Below are positions 39,983 through 52,084 of a DNA stretch of 64,000 nucleotides, in pieces. The notes under the pieces were generated by a model, which was given only the letters and a program-made list of their open reading frames with translations, made no database searches and was not told the DNA's origin. The stretch spans positions 89,838,001 to 89,902,000 of the forward strand of contig OX597814.1 in assembly GCA_951406725.2 (NCBI GenBank). The letters are read 5' to 3'. The translations under genes were made by a program, and so were the position numbers. Numbering within the stretch: position 1 is the first letter of the stretch; each line of letters starts with the position of its first letter. The stretch comes from Octopus vulgaris (lineage: Eukaryota).

Positions 39983-41260
39983 TATCAGGCTAAATAAAAT
40001 GTAAGCAAAGTTTTGAAACATGAAATTAATCATAATATATTTCAAAAATGCGCAAAATCTTATTCATGAAAATAAGTACCATTACAATCAACACATTTTT
40101 GCCAACGAGTTACAAGTGTGTTTATTCCGGTCACATAAAAATCTGGAGTTCTGGAGCTAATGAAATCTTTGAACGCACTTTCATCATCTGTTTGAATTTT
40201 GAAATCCTTCTCTCACAGGAAACCATCAACGTGTTTGAAAAAGTGGTAGTCGGTAGGAGAATGGTCTGGGGAATAAACTGGGTGGGGGAAGAACTTCGTA
40301 GCCAGGTTTCCTCAACTTCTGGAGCGTTATTAGTGAAATTTGTGGTCGAGCATTGTCATGAAGAATGATTGGCCCTTCTGCTGACCAGTCTGAGAAGGAA
40401 GAGTTGCAGTTTTTCGTTCATTTTGGCTATTACATGGCAATATGTTTCTGCAGCAATGGATCTTTTCCCCTGGATTTTAAGAAGTTATGTTGGATGAGTC
40501 CAGCAATGCACTATCAGACTGTCACCACAGCCCTCTGTTTCAAGATCTCAGTTTAAGGGAAGGTTTTCGTTGCTTTATTTTGGTCCAACCACTACGAAGA
40601 ACGTCTTTTATTATTGTACAGAATCCACTTTCCATCACAAGTCGCACCACGGTCGAGAAACGGATCGGTCTGGTGACGGAGAAGAAACGACGAACAAATT
40701 TCATATCTGCGCTTTTTCTCATTTTCATTCAAATTGTGTGGTACCCATTTGTCGAGCCTTTTTGGTTTTCCGATCGCATGCAAATGATTACAGGCAGTTT
40801 TCTAGCTAACTTCAAGTTCTCTTGTCAGTTCTCGAGTGGTTTAACGTGGATCTTTCTCAATGACGGACTTTAATTGACCGTCATCAAAAACAAATATGCG
40901 CCTTCTACGCTGACGATCTTCAAGGCTCATACTACTGCGAAATTGTTTAAACCATTTTCGAGCTGACCACTCACTGGTAATTTCCTCACCAAACATTTCT
41001 TTTATATCGTGAGCAGTTTCAGCTGCTTTACGTCCTTTTTTGAAGTTGAATAGCAAAATTGCTCGAATATCGCGCTTTGACAGTTCCATTTCAAATGATA
41101 GTAACAATGGTGAAAAAAATACATCAATGTATTTGGGCAAGTCTATGTCTTTATTATCAGACAATTGCAAAAAGTGTTTAAGAAATATTCAAATTCTGCA
41201 AAAATCCGGTACAAATTCTTCATGATTCAAAATGTTGGTCACTTTTTACTCAACCTGGTA
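39983..41260 (-). mobile_element. Full-length decayed mariner element
   Basis: TIRs TATCAGGCTAAATAAAATGTAAGCAAAGTTTTGAA / TTCAAAATGTTGGTCACTTTTTACTCAACCTGGTA; ORF pieces MELSKRDIRAILLFNFKKG, WVPHNL, TCDGKWILY, LHDNARPQ, YSPDHSPTDYH. Confidence 0.92.
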
Positions 41261-41299
41261 TATTTATACATACGCACACACACACATCTATATATTATA

Positions 41300-41515
41300 C
41301 GTATATATGCATATATATATACATATGCACATATATATATATATATATATATATATGCATATATATATATATGCACATATATATATATATATATATGCAT
41401 ATATATATATATGCACATATATATATATATGCATATATATATATATATGCATATATATATATATATGCATATATATATATATATGCATATATATATATAT
41501 GCATATATATATATA

Positions 41516-41550
<35 letters not shown>
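41300..41550. repeat. (TA)nTGCA interrupted microsatellite
   Basis: Repeated ATATATATATATGC units of variable length. Confidence 0.9.
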
Positions 41551-41554
<4 letters not shown>

Positions 41555-41689
41555 GTATGTATGTGTGTGAGTATGTGTGTGTTTGTGTATTTTATTCTTT
41601 TTACTTGCTTCAGTCATTTGACTGCGGCCATGCTGGTGCACCGCCTTTAGCCGAACAAATCGACACCAGGACATTTCTTGAAACAAAAA

Positions 41690-41870
41690 AAGAAACACAG
41701 GTGCGGTGTGTTCATCACTGAAAGTCTTTTTGCTTCCTCTTTCCTTCTTTTTCTCTCTTTCTTCCATTTCTTTTCTTTGAGCTATATTTAGAATACAAAT
41801 TGTACTGTCTTCCTTTTCTTTCCAAAACATTCAATTTTGGAGAGAATTTTTTGATGAAATGTAGTTCCGT
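41690..41870 (-). mobile_element. PLE 3'-end fragment (family of 22545-23100); another piece at ~42960-43030
   Basis: Reverse complement matches GAACTACATTTCATCAAAAAATTCTCTCCAAAATTGAATGTTT ([14 protein letters not shown]) and the downstream purine-rich tract. Confidence 0.75.
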
Positions 41871-41974
41871 ATGAAAAAAAAACAACGTTAGTATAATATT
41901 TGCAAATTAAACATTTTTAAAAAGAAATAAATAAAAAAAAAAAATACATATGTAAAGTTAGAACATTCCAATGC

Positions 41975-42012
<38 letters not shown>

Positions 42013-42219
42013 GATAAATCTCAGAGCGAGTTATAAACAGTAGCGGTAACACATCGTGACGCATATTTGCCATTTGAATATTGCTAACCCCTAAGGGTGG
42101 ATGCTACTGTAGTTTGTAGCCCCAGGAAGATATCTCCTCCAGCTGGCTATAGACACACTATCTGTGTCCTCTCAGTATTTGTGAAGGGGAGTCATCCTCC
42201 CCGTCTTCAACTCATGATA

Positions 42220-42264
42220 CACACGGACCCGAGTTTCAAGGTGTTTACCTTTCATCAGCGTGTG
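42220..42264 (-). ncRNA. Type I hammerhead ribozyme, canonical core (monomer 1)
   Basis: CACACG-CUGAUGA-AAGGU-aaac-ACCUU-GAAA-C-ucgg-G-UC|-CGUGUG; all stems pair; predicted cut between 42226 and 42225. Confidence 0.92.
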
Positions 42265-42571
42265 ACAATCATGGTTGTCGACGAGAAGTCAGCTCCCTTC
42301 ACAAATACATATACTTTTTCCAGTGTCGATTGACACTGATATTGAAAAAGTGAAATCAAACAATGATAAATCTCAGAGCGAGTTATAAACAGTAGCGGTA
42401 ACACATCGTGACGCATATTTGCCATTTGAATATGGCTAACCCCTAAGGGTGGATGCTACTGTAGTTTGTAGCCCCAGGAAGATATCTCCTCCAGCTGGCT
42501 ATAGACACACTATCTGTGTCCTCTCAGTATTTGTGAAGGGGAGTCATCCTCCCCGTCTTCAACTCATGATA

Positions 42572-42616
42572 CACACGGACCCGAGTTTCAAGGTGTTTAC
42601 CTTTCATCAGCGTGTG
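42572..42616 (-). ncRNA. Type I hammerhead ribozyme, canonical core (monomer 2)
   Basis: Identical to 42220-42264, shifted by 352 bp. Confidence 0.92.
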
Positions 42617-43587
42617 ACAATCATGGTTGTCGACGAGAACTCAGCTCCCTTCACAAATATATATACTTTTTCCAGTGTCGATAGACACTGATATTGAAAA
42701 AGTGATATCAAACAATGATAAATCTCAGAGCGAGTTATAAACAGTAGCAGTGTGTGTATCATGAGTTGAAGACGGGGAGGATGACTCCCCTTCACAAATA
42801 CTGAGAGGACACAGATAGTGTGTCTATAGCCAGCTGGAGGAGATATCTTCCTGGGGCTACAAACTACAGTAGCATCCTCCCTTAGAGGTTACCCATATTC
42901 AAATGGCAAATATGCGTCACGATATATATATATATATACCTGAACATTTGTAGAGATGAACCATATTTGGAATAAAAAATTGCAATTCTCCACTTTACCC
43001 TCAAACATTCAATTTTGGAGAGAATACCTTGATGGAGCGTACGTGTGTGTGCATGTGTGTGTGTGTATTTGGGAACATGTCCATGTTTTACTGTGTAACT
43101 TCAATCACGCTTCTTTCAATTTCATGTTTGTTTTTTGAATTAGAGAACATTACTATAACACTTACAAACTAGAAAAACACGCAATGCTCAGAACAAGTGC
43201 AGCTTAAGTTACTGTTGCTGTCATTATAGGTCACAGATACTGTATTGCAATTTACAAAGCTATTACTGTTAGGTGTTCCTTTCAAAGCACTTAAAAGAAG
43301 CTTAACTACATATATAAAAAAACAATAAAATATTCGTTTCTAGCTCATTAACAATCTAAGAGATATTCCCTTTTTCCTTGTTTTTATTTTTACATTTCTG
43401 TTTTCTTTTTACTTGAGCACATCTTCGAAAAGTCTAAGCTTCCTTCGTAAAGTTAAACTGGGTTATATTCCGCTAATATTCTATAAGATAAAAACGATCA
43501 GCGAATCGTAGAGGGGGATAGATTATAAATTATGTAACTCTGCATCGTGTGATGCGTAGAACACCTGTCTTATTCCACTAACAGTTG

Positions 43588-44008
43588 GAACGAACGAACG
43601 AACGAACGAACGAACGAACGAACGAACGAACGAACGAACGAACGAACGAACGAACGAACGAACGAACGAACGAACGAACGAACGAACGAACGAACGAACG
43701 AACGAACGAACGAACATACATACATACATACATACATACATACATACATACATACATACATACATACATACATACATACATACATACATACATACATACA
43801 TACATACATACATACATACATACATACATACATACATACATACATACATACATACATACATACATACATACATACATACATACATACATACATACATACA
43901 TACATACATACATACATACATACATACATACATACATACATACATACATACATACATACATACATACATACATACATACATACATACATACATACATACA
44001 TACATACA

Positions 44009-44044
<36 letters not shown>

Positions 44045-44052
44045 TATATATA
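43588..44052. repeat. Compound microsatellite (GAAC)32(ATAC)80(AT)n
   Basis: Uninterrupted arrays at 43588-43715 and 43716-44035. Confidence 0.95.
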
Positions 44053-44099
44053 GGTGAAAGAGTTTGTATGTGAAAGCATTTGGTTGGATGTATAAAAGA

Positions 44100-45030
44100 C
44101 AAAGTAGAGTGAAAAAACTACAGAGGACTTGTGTTAAAGAATATAACCATAATTATGAGGTATACTGATATATGAATTAATCACTTCAAATAAAACCGTG
44201 ATTGTTTCTCTCTTGACTTTTTGGGGAGGTGATTTAACATGTCCAAGTCATCTCTGATATAGTTATTGATGTGTTTAAGAAAGAGTTTCAGGGGGATGTC
44301 CATAAATAGACTTAGTCTGTGTGTTTCACAGGCTGGGCCAGCTACAATGGGTCGTAATTTTAAGTCCCCTGGGTTTGGTGTATGTATGTCTTTGGTGATT
44401 TTTTAATGGTTTTATTTATAATCTGGCTTTTGTGGATTTGTGGTAGACCGTAGAAATGGCTAGGTTTGCATTTAAAGTTTGTTAAAAAGTAAATTTCTTT
44501 GGTTGTCAGTTCTTTTCCATGGGTTTTAATTAGTGAGGACAGGGTTTTCATTATTTTTTGCGGGGTGGAGTTTGTGATCTTTTCGTAATATTGACTGTCA
44601 TTCAGCATTAGATTTCTATAGTATAATGTGTCCATTACTACCACTGCACTTCCTTAATCTGCTTCCTTAATCGTTATATCTTCATTATTTTGAGGTTCTA
44701 TTAGTTCCTTCCATTGTGCAGTGCTAAAGTTTGGGTTAACTCTCTGTTTATGCATGGTGTGGTAGGGAAAGTTCTCATTGTGGTTGCATAATTCATCAAG
44801 ATTCTTATTTCTTCTTTTGTGGGGATGTGTTCACTTTTGTTTTCATCTTCAGTATTGGTTAATGCTTCTGTGAGTCTTAATTTTTCACAGAATTCCATTA
44901 TACTGTCCATCACTTCATTTTAGTGGCTCTGCGTGGTGTTGGGCTGAATTTAAACCCTTTTGAGAGGATGTCTATCTTTGTGCTTGAAAGAGGTTTAGTT
45001 GAGAGATTAATTATCTTCAGTTTTTTCTGA
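44100..45030 (-). pseudogene. Decayed PLE RT N-terminal half (may extend to ~45790)
   Basis: KIINLSTKPLSSTKIDILSKGFKFSPTP, EFCEKLRL, VVVMDTLYY, KPSHFYGLPQIHKS, LRPIVAGPACETHRLS; frameshifted; homologous to 2-1351. Confidence 0.9.
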
Positions 45031-46619
45031 TGACCATGTTCCAACCTGTGTCCTGGTGTCTCTGGTCTGGGGCTAAACATTGTTGGTTGCAGTTTTTTGT
45101 ATTAGTTGTCTGTGATGTTGTATGGGATTGGTTCGGAGGAATGGTGGTATTGTTGCCTCAGTTTGTTATGTGTGTGTGTGTCTATGGATGTTTTGGTTAG
45201 TGATGTATGTGGTATATTTTTGTTTGGAATTTCTTATATGCGGGGTGTTTCTTGACCTAGTGTTATTTTGTGCTGTTCTTCGGTGGGGCCCAGTAATTTT
45301 GGGTCATGGGGTAGTAGAGCCTGGTATGTGGTGTGCTTCTTATCCTAGTGTTATTTTGTGTTGTTATGGGGTGGTTATGCCTGGTATTGGGACGTTATTG
45401 GTGTGTGCTTTTTCTGGTATATGGGTGATCTTTAGATTTGGTGTAATCTATTTCACAAATGCGTTTACTCTCAACTTCTTCACTGTTTAGATTTGGTGGT
45501 TCAAAAATGGTGGTGGTTTCTATTTATGGAATATGGAGGATAATGTGGGTGTTGTTGTTTACTAAGTGGTTAAAACTGGGGACGATTTGTGCGTTGTTCA
45601 GTTTTTGTTTGTTATTTATATATTTTTTTCTTCAGAAAAGGATTATCAGCACTGACTTGTTTGATTCTTTGGAAGTAATCATTGCTTTTTTTCTCAGCGT
45701 AGGAGAGACTTCCTTTTCACAGACTTTCTTCCAAAGATTTATGGTGTTTTCGAGGAATTATCCGTCGGTTTGTTTGTTTCTAAACCAAATCATGTTAAAT
45801 TAAAAAAACCTAGTCATTCCCAACATTTTTGATTATCTCTCTTATACCGAAAACATCTATGATTATCTTCCCCTATCTGGTACTCTCATACTTCCCTTCA
45901 TAGCGGGGAGACGACAATATAGGTAGAGAAATTTGAGAAATTTGAAAAGAAAATAGGAAACGGGTTATTTCTTCCCAAACAATGTTATCTTACAGAAAAT
46001 TTTATAACATTTTCCTAACATAACGATTTAAATATACTCTTTAACCATATAACACAAGTCTTCTGTTGTTTTTACACTTTATTTTGTCTTATATATATAT
46101 ATATATATATATAATTCAACTAAGGTAGTAGTTGAATAATATTCTTAAAGCCGCAATTTACTCACTCGCAGCATATTTAAGAGATTTGAAGCTAATTAAA
46201 TTCTTAACTAAATGGAAGACCGTTAACATTTTTGAAGAGGACTGGTCCCTAGATACATGTTGGCATTACAAAAATTGAGATTTGGTCCAGTAGAAAAAGG
46301 TTTTCATCAAAATTTGTAGCGACGTCATAGGAGTGTAGGTAACGTCACCAGTCAAGTTTAGATATAAATATCTTCTTGTATTTTAAAAGCAAAATATATT
46401 TATCTTAGCTTCAATGATAGGCGAAAGCGTGAAGAATTTCATAGTTTTTGTCTCATTCAACAAAATTTTGTATCCAAAACGTTGTGATGTAAAATATCAT
46501 GACAAAATACAAGTAAGGCAAAAAATTGGATTTAAGTATATTTTTTTTTATTTTAAAAGTAAATTATATTTTAATTAAGCTTAAATGACAGAGCTCAATT
46601 TTGGGAATTTCATGATACC

Positions 46620-47070
46620 AATCGCATGCAATCAATTTCTAAAAGAAAATATTTATGATTGTTTGTTTTTCGAATGTGAGGGTCATAATATAATTATACA
46701 CTTTTTTATTCTTAGGGGACTTTTTATATATGTCACCGGCATCATTGAGATAAGAAAAAAATTATCAACGACACCGTGAGGAATTTCATAGTTTTCTTCC
46801 TATTAAGTTGAATATTTTTTATTGCTTTTGTATATCAATTAACAATCTCATGCAATGAAGTCCTAAAAGAAAAAAGTTATGAGTGTTTGTTTCTCAAATT
46901 TGAGAGTGATAATATATTTCTATACCTTTTTATGGATTTACTTCTATAAAGGGACTTTTCATATATATCAACGGCGTCATTGAGGTAAGGAAAAAATTAT
47001 CAACGACATCATCAGGAATTTCACAGTTTTCGTCTCATTAAATCATATATTTTTTATTGTATTAATATTT
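46620..47070. repeat. Diverged ~230-bp tandem repeat
   Basis: ATC(G/T)CATGCAAT...AAAAAATTATCAACGACA...GGAATTTCA(T/C)AGTTTTC at 46621-46797 and 46845-47031; partial third unit near 46430. Confidence 0.75.
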
Positions 47071-47661
47071 CAATTAAAAAATAATATTTACACACTCATA
47101 AATCTTTCACATTCATAATTTCATTGATAATTAATCTACTTTCGTATTTTAATCAGTTGCTTGTTAATTGTTCCTTTTTCCACTTTTCATTTGTCACTCT
47201 TCCTACTAGGCTTGTTACTTTATAGGTCATAATACGACTTCTGCAATTTATAAAAAGTTTTTTTATATCCTGAAAATATTCTTTATACTAGAATTAGTTT
47301 CTTAATTTGAATTAATTAAGAATATATTTATAAGATGAATTATCACACTATATCTTTTGCGCGTTTTTTTTTGTTGTAGTTTGTTTCAATATAATAATTA
47401 TATATTAACACAAAACAAGCACTCAATGTTTTTATAATAAATATCGCTTGTATAGTTTAATTTTAATGTTACTCATTATTGGTGGGGTAGAATTGAATCC
47501 GGGGCTTGGGATTAGTAAAAGGGATAATAATAATAGGGGAGGTAATCAATTGGATGAAGAAGAAATGAAGAAAAGAAAACATGCTGAAGCTGAAGCTAAA
47601 TATAGAAGAAAAATTGACACGTTATTAATTAGCATAATAGCGTAGCCTGGAAAAAACACGG

Positions 47662-48493
47662 ATTACATGGAAAAATGCGAGCAAGAGAAGTAATATTCTT
47701 AAACTCATTTGTCTGGAAAAGTACAGGACAAGTTATTACACTTGGAAAAGTTCAGGACAAGAAAATGTTTACTTAAAATATTGCAGCTAAGGATAAAATT
47801 TGAATATTAAAAATCATTTGACTTCAATTTACAAAGTAACATAATAATTAAAAAAGGTGCCATCATTTTGGTAAAATATTGACACACTAGAACATTTAAA
47901 AAATGAGTGCCAGAAGTAGCCAATATAGCTAAAGTTTTATGCAAAGTAGAATAGTATACATGGTAGGCAAATTCATTATGGAAAGAATAGGCATTGGGTC
48001 AAGACTAAAAATGTGAAAATTTGGCAATAACTTAAGAAATAATTCAAGCAAATTTTACTGTGAATTTGTTGTTATAGATAGATTTTACTGTAACATATAA
48101 CTAATTTTGTATTATTCTATTTATTGCCCTACCTAATTATGTACTACTATTATTTTTTATAACCTATTTTCAAATTTCTAATTATTAATTAATAATTAAA
48201 AATGAATTTTTTAAAGTGCAAAAAATATTTTGAGTTATTTTTGATTTTTAATAGAAGTAACAAGTAATAACAAATAAAAGTAATAACTTGTAATAAAATT
48301 TTTACTTAAAAAAAGCTAATATTTTCTAAATCTAAATATTTTATTTGAAATTTTATCCTTAGCTGCAATATTTTAAGTAAAAATTTTACCAGATGTAATA
48401 ACATATTTTAAACTTTCCAAATGTAGTAACTTCAGTACTTTTCCGTGTTTATAAATTCAAGAATATTGTTTCTCTTCCTCTGATTATTCTATG

Positions 48494-48497
<4 letters not shown>
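47662..48497. mobile_element. AT-rich foldback/MITE with ~150-bp inverted arms
   Basis: Perfect 34-bp inverted repeat at 47768-47801 / 48348-48381 inside longer degenerate arms starting ATTACAT and ending ATGTAAT. Confidence 0.75.
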
Positions 48498-48547
<50 letters not shown>

Positions 48548-48556
48548 CATATATAT

Positions 48557-49832
48557 ATGAAGTCATTAAGAATGAAACGTCTGATTTTGAACTGAAAGTT
48601 TGAAAGTTTATTTTATTTTATCCCAACAACAAGCAATGCAGTTAATCAAAGTATGTACCTAAATTATCAACACAAATTTACCTTTTTATCGGTAGCTTAT
48701 TTATGCCGGCAACGAATAATTCTGTAGAGCAAGAGGTGACGAAATTACGAAAGACTGTTTTTATATCTTCGTCAGATTTGAAGTTTTTTACCTTACAAAA
48801 AGTTGTCTAATGCCTGGAAAACATGATAGTCAGTTGGGGCAAGGTGTGGTGAATATGATGGATGGCAGAGTACTTCCAACTTCAGTTCCTGCAACTTGAG
48901 TAGCAACATGTGGTCGAACATTGTCTTATTGTCTTGCAAGAGAATTGGCCTCTCTGTACTGACTAATCTCGGTTGTTTAATTGCAAGTTCACTCATCATT
49001 TCATCCAATTGGCTGATGTATACATCCGCTGTAATTGACTTAGCAGGTCTTACGAAGCTGTAGTGGGTGACCACCAAACAGACACCATTAGCTTTTTTTA
49101 GTGAATATTCCTTTTTGGATTGTGTTTTGGCACTTCGTCTCTATCAAACCACCGTGCAGAACGCTTGCTATTGTTGAAAAGAATCAAGTTTTCAATTTTT
49201 CATCACACGTAATAATACGATGCAAAAATGATTCGCTTTTATGTCGTGATGGCAAAGAAGAATAACTCTCAAACGACGTGTCATCTGATGATCGTTTAGT
49301 TCGTGTGGTATCCAATTGTCCAGCTTCTTTACATTGCCGATTTGCTTCAATACAATTGGAATCGAAACATCAAACCTTGATGCTAATTCACGCGTAGTTT
49401 GAGACGTATTCGTTTCCACTACAGTTTCCAGCTCATCATTATCCACGCTCTTCTCAGTTCTACCACGGGACTGATTTTCAAGAGTAAAGTCACCAGATCT
49501 GAACTTCTCAAACCATCGCCGTACAGTGCGCCCATTCGCCAAATCTTCACAAAAACTTCGTTGATGTTTCAAGGTGGCTGGGATGAATTTTCCACAACGG
49601 AAAACATATTCATAAACAACAGGAATTTTTTATCTATCCATGGGTCCACAAAAATTGATTTACAAGAGAAAATTCACAATGTAATCACACACGATGAATT
49701 GCATTTCAAAAACTGAAGATTTAACGCTTCAATGCTATAAAACAAAGAATTCTCAAGATAAAACATTAAAGTTAAAGACTGTCAAACTTCGTGCATAAGA
49801 AAATCGGACATTTTATTCTTAATGAACTGATA
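48557..49832 (-). mobile_element. Full-length decayed mariner element
   Basis: TIRs (GTCATTAAGAATGAAACGTCTGATTTT / AAAATCGGACATTTTATTCTTAATGAAC); RRWFEKFRSGDFTLEN, WIPHEL, ILLQDN, HPSYSPHLAPTDYHVFQAL. Confidence 0.92.
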
Positions 49833-50008
49833 TAAATATATATTATATATGCATGCGCATACATATATGTATAAAATCTATGTAATGCCATATATATGGA
49901 ATATATACATATGTATATATATATATATATGTATGCATGTGTGTGTATGTGTGTATGTATGTATGTATATATATGTCTGTCTATCTATCTATATATCTAT
50001 CTTTCTAT

Positions 50009-50096
<88 letters not shown>

Positions 50097-51130
50097 AGAC
50101 AAGAGACAACAACTTGCTAGATATAAAACAAAATGCACTTGTATTTAGCAGCGCCCTGAAAATAAGTATATGGTTAATTAATTATACTATAGCTATCATA
50201 ACAAAAGCTAAGTTGATAAAAGTTCAAATCATTATTTTCGATCTAGACGCTTAAATTAAAACTTTTCTGAAAAATACCCATTGATGAAATTGATAATTTG
50301 ATAAATAGACGAAACTGATAAGTTACAACAGAGAGAAATGGATAAACAAATTAGAAAAAAATGGTGCTTCTGATGTGTAAGCGTAGTATTAAAACCAAAC
50401 TGAATCTATGAAATAGGCAGACAGTAGGTATATGTACAAAAGCTTTCGAGTAATACGTAATACTCTCAAGATTTAATATAATAAATTGGAAGTGTAGAGA
50501 GCAGAGTAAGATAGATAGGAAAATCAGAAAACTACTAAATACATTAGGAGGTCACCGTAAAAGTTGATACAAATATAATATGCCTATCAAGTACACAGGA
50601 ATGGCAAGAAAATACAATATAAAGTATTACATAGTTGACAGAGTGGACTTTGAGTGTGAATATAGGCTGATTAGTTTAATAAGAGGACATGAAAAAGGGG
50701 AAAAAGGCATGCAGAAATAAGTTTCTGCTCTATGTAAAGAAACAATGAGATATAATTTGGAAAATAAGTATACTGAAGGAAAGTTATTGATAAATCGGGA
50801 AAGACAGAGTAATAGAAAAGTATAAAAACAAGAGAAAAATATCAAAGGAAGAAAATCAAATTATACTATGGAAAAGACAATGGAAAAAGTCGCTTCTTGA
50901 TCATGTTTATCAATTGTGGATAAAATCGACGTGAGTAAATATCAAAAGCAAAAACATCCCAGTTGTGACAGTTGATTTTTGCTGTACCAGGTCAATGACT
51001 AACCATCAAGAAATAGAAATTATAAGTGATATCAAATAATTATTGATTATCTTATTTTCAGCTCTCGAAAATACTAAATTTTTAGGCAGATATAATAGGG
51101 TCGGCAGGTGCAACACTTAGATGTTCCACA

Positions 51131-51338
51131 TACCGCATTTTCCGGCGTACAAGTCGACGTATTATATTGTATAAACATATACAGTAAACATTCAATCATC
51201 GTCACGATCCCTCCAAATCCTGTTGCATTTCACACAAGAGTTTTCCTTCTCCAAAGTCATCTTGGTGTACAAGTTGACGTACATTAGTTTGGCAGTAAAT
51301 TTTGATATGAAGCATTTGATTTGTATGCCGGAAAATAT

Positions 51339-51342
<4 letters not shown>
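51131..51342. mobile_element. Tc1/pogo-type MITE
   Basis: TACCGCATTTTCCGGCGTACAA / TTGTATGCCGGAAAATATGGTA terminal inverted repeats with TA ends. Confidence 0.75.
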
Positions 51343-51387
<45 letters not shown>

Positions 51388-51691
51388 GTATGCATGTATA
51401 TAAAAAAGAAAGTAGGTGGTAAAACCCTGGCACAAGGTTCAAAGAAAAATGCCCAAATATAATTAAAAACAAATGAACAACTTATGCGATATAATAAAAT
51501 AGTCTACCATCTAAAAACAAGTTGGGTACAGTGTAGTCATGTTAACAAGTCTACTTCGCAGCTACGATGTTCGGGATTCGATCTCATAACGCAGAACATT
51601 GAGAAAGTGTCTCACACTACTGCTGTATTTCGTACTAACTGAAATTTGGCAGGCTGAAGACAGTTGTTTAGGCTTCGCATATATTTATATA

Positions 51692-52084
51692 CTAGCAGTA
51701 TCGCCCGGCGTTGCTCGGATTTGTTTCGACCCCTTAGAATTGAAATTTTTGAAAAGTAAAAATTTTGCATTATGTAACTTGTTATTCTCTTTAAGTGAAC
51801 ATTTTGTGTTTGAAATACACAGAAAAATGGCGATACAGCAGTCAATAAATCGTAAAAAATAGGGATTTTCATAGAAAAAAAAAAGCATCTTTTTGATATA
51901 AATAATTTTCGGTGTTAACATGGTTCGATTTGAAATTTTCTTCTACGAAAGGAAGAGCAAGCCATCTTCTATCATACTCTCAATTTTGGTCAACTTACGC
52001 CGCAGTGTCTTGGAGGAGATAGTGTTAGTTGAAGGCTACCAAACCTGCTACACACAGACAACTTCAGCTTTATATATGGAGAGA
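51692..52084 (-). mobile_element. Non-autonomous Helitron
   Basis: Plus strand CTAGCAGTATCGCCCGGCGTTGCTCGG is the reverse complement of the shared 3' terminus; 5' end TCTCTCCATATATAAA. Confidence 0.75.

Larger units (their letters stand above)
42010..42923 (-). mobile_element. Retrozyme-like element: 2.1 tandem 352-bp monomers plus a 173-bp inverted partial copy, in (TA)n
   Basis: Monomer starts at 42010, 42362 and 42714; five substitutions seen between monomers 1 and 2; 42751-42923 is the reverse complement of 42053-42225; one hammerhead per full monomer. Confidence 0.88.

Noticed and set aside
42097-42691. Duplicated 78-80 aa ORFs in the 352-bp monomers
   Set aside because: Antisense to the ribozyme, GTG start, no recognisable domain; they recur only because the DNA is duplicated.
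50430-50475. Stem plus GAAA-GC-UU on the minus strand
   Set aside because: No intact CUGANGA and no stem I.
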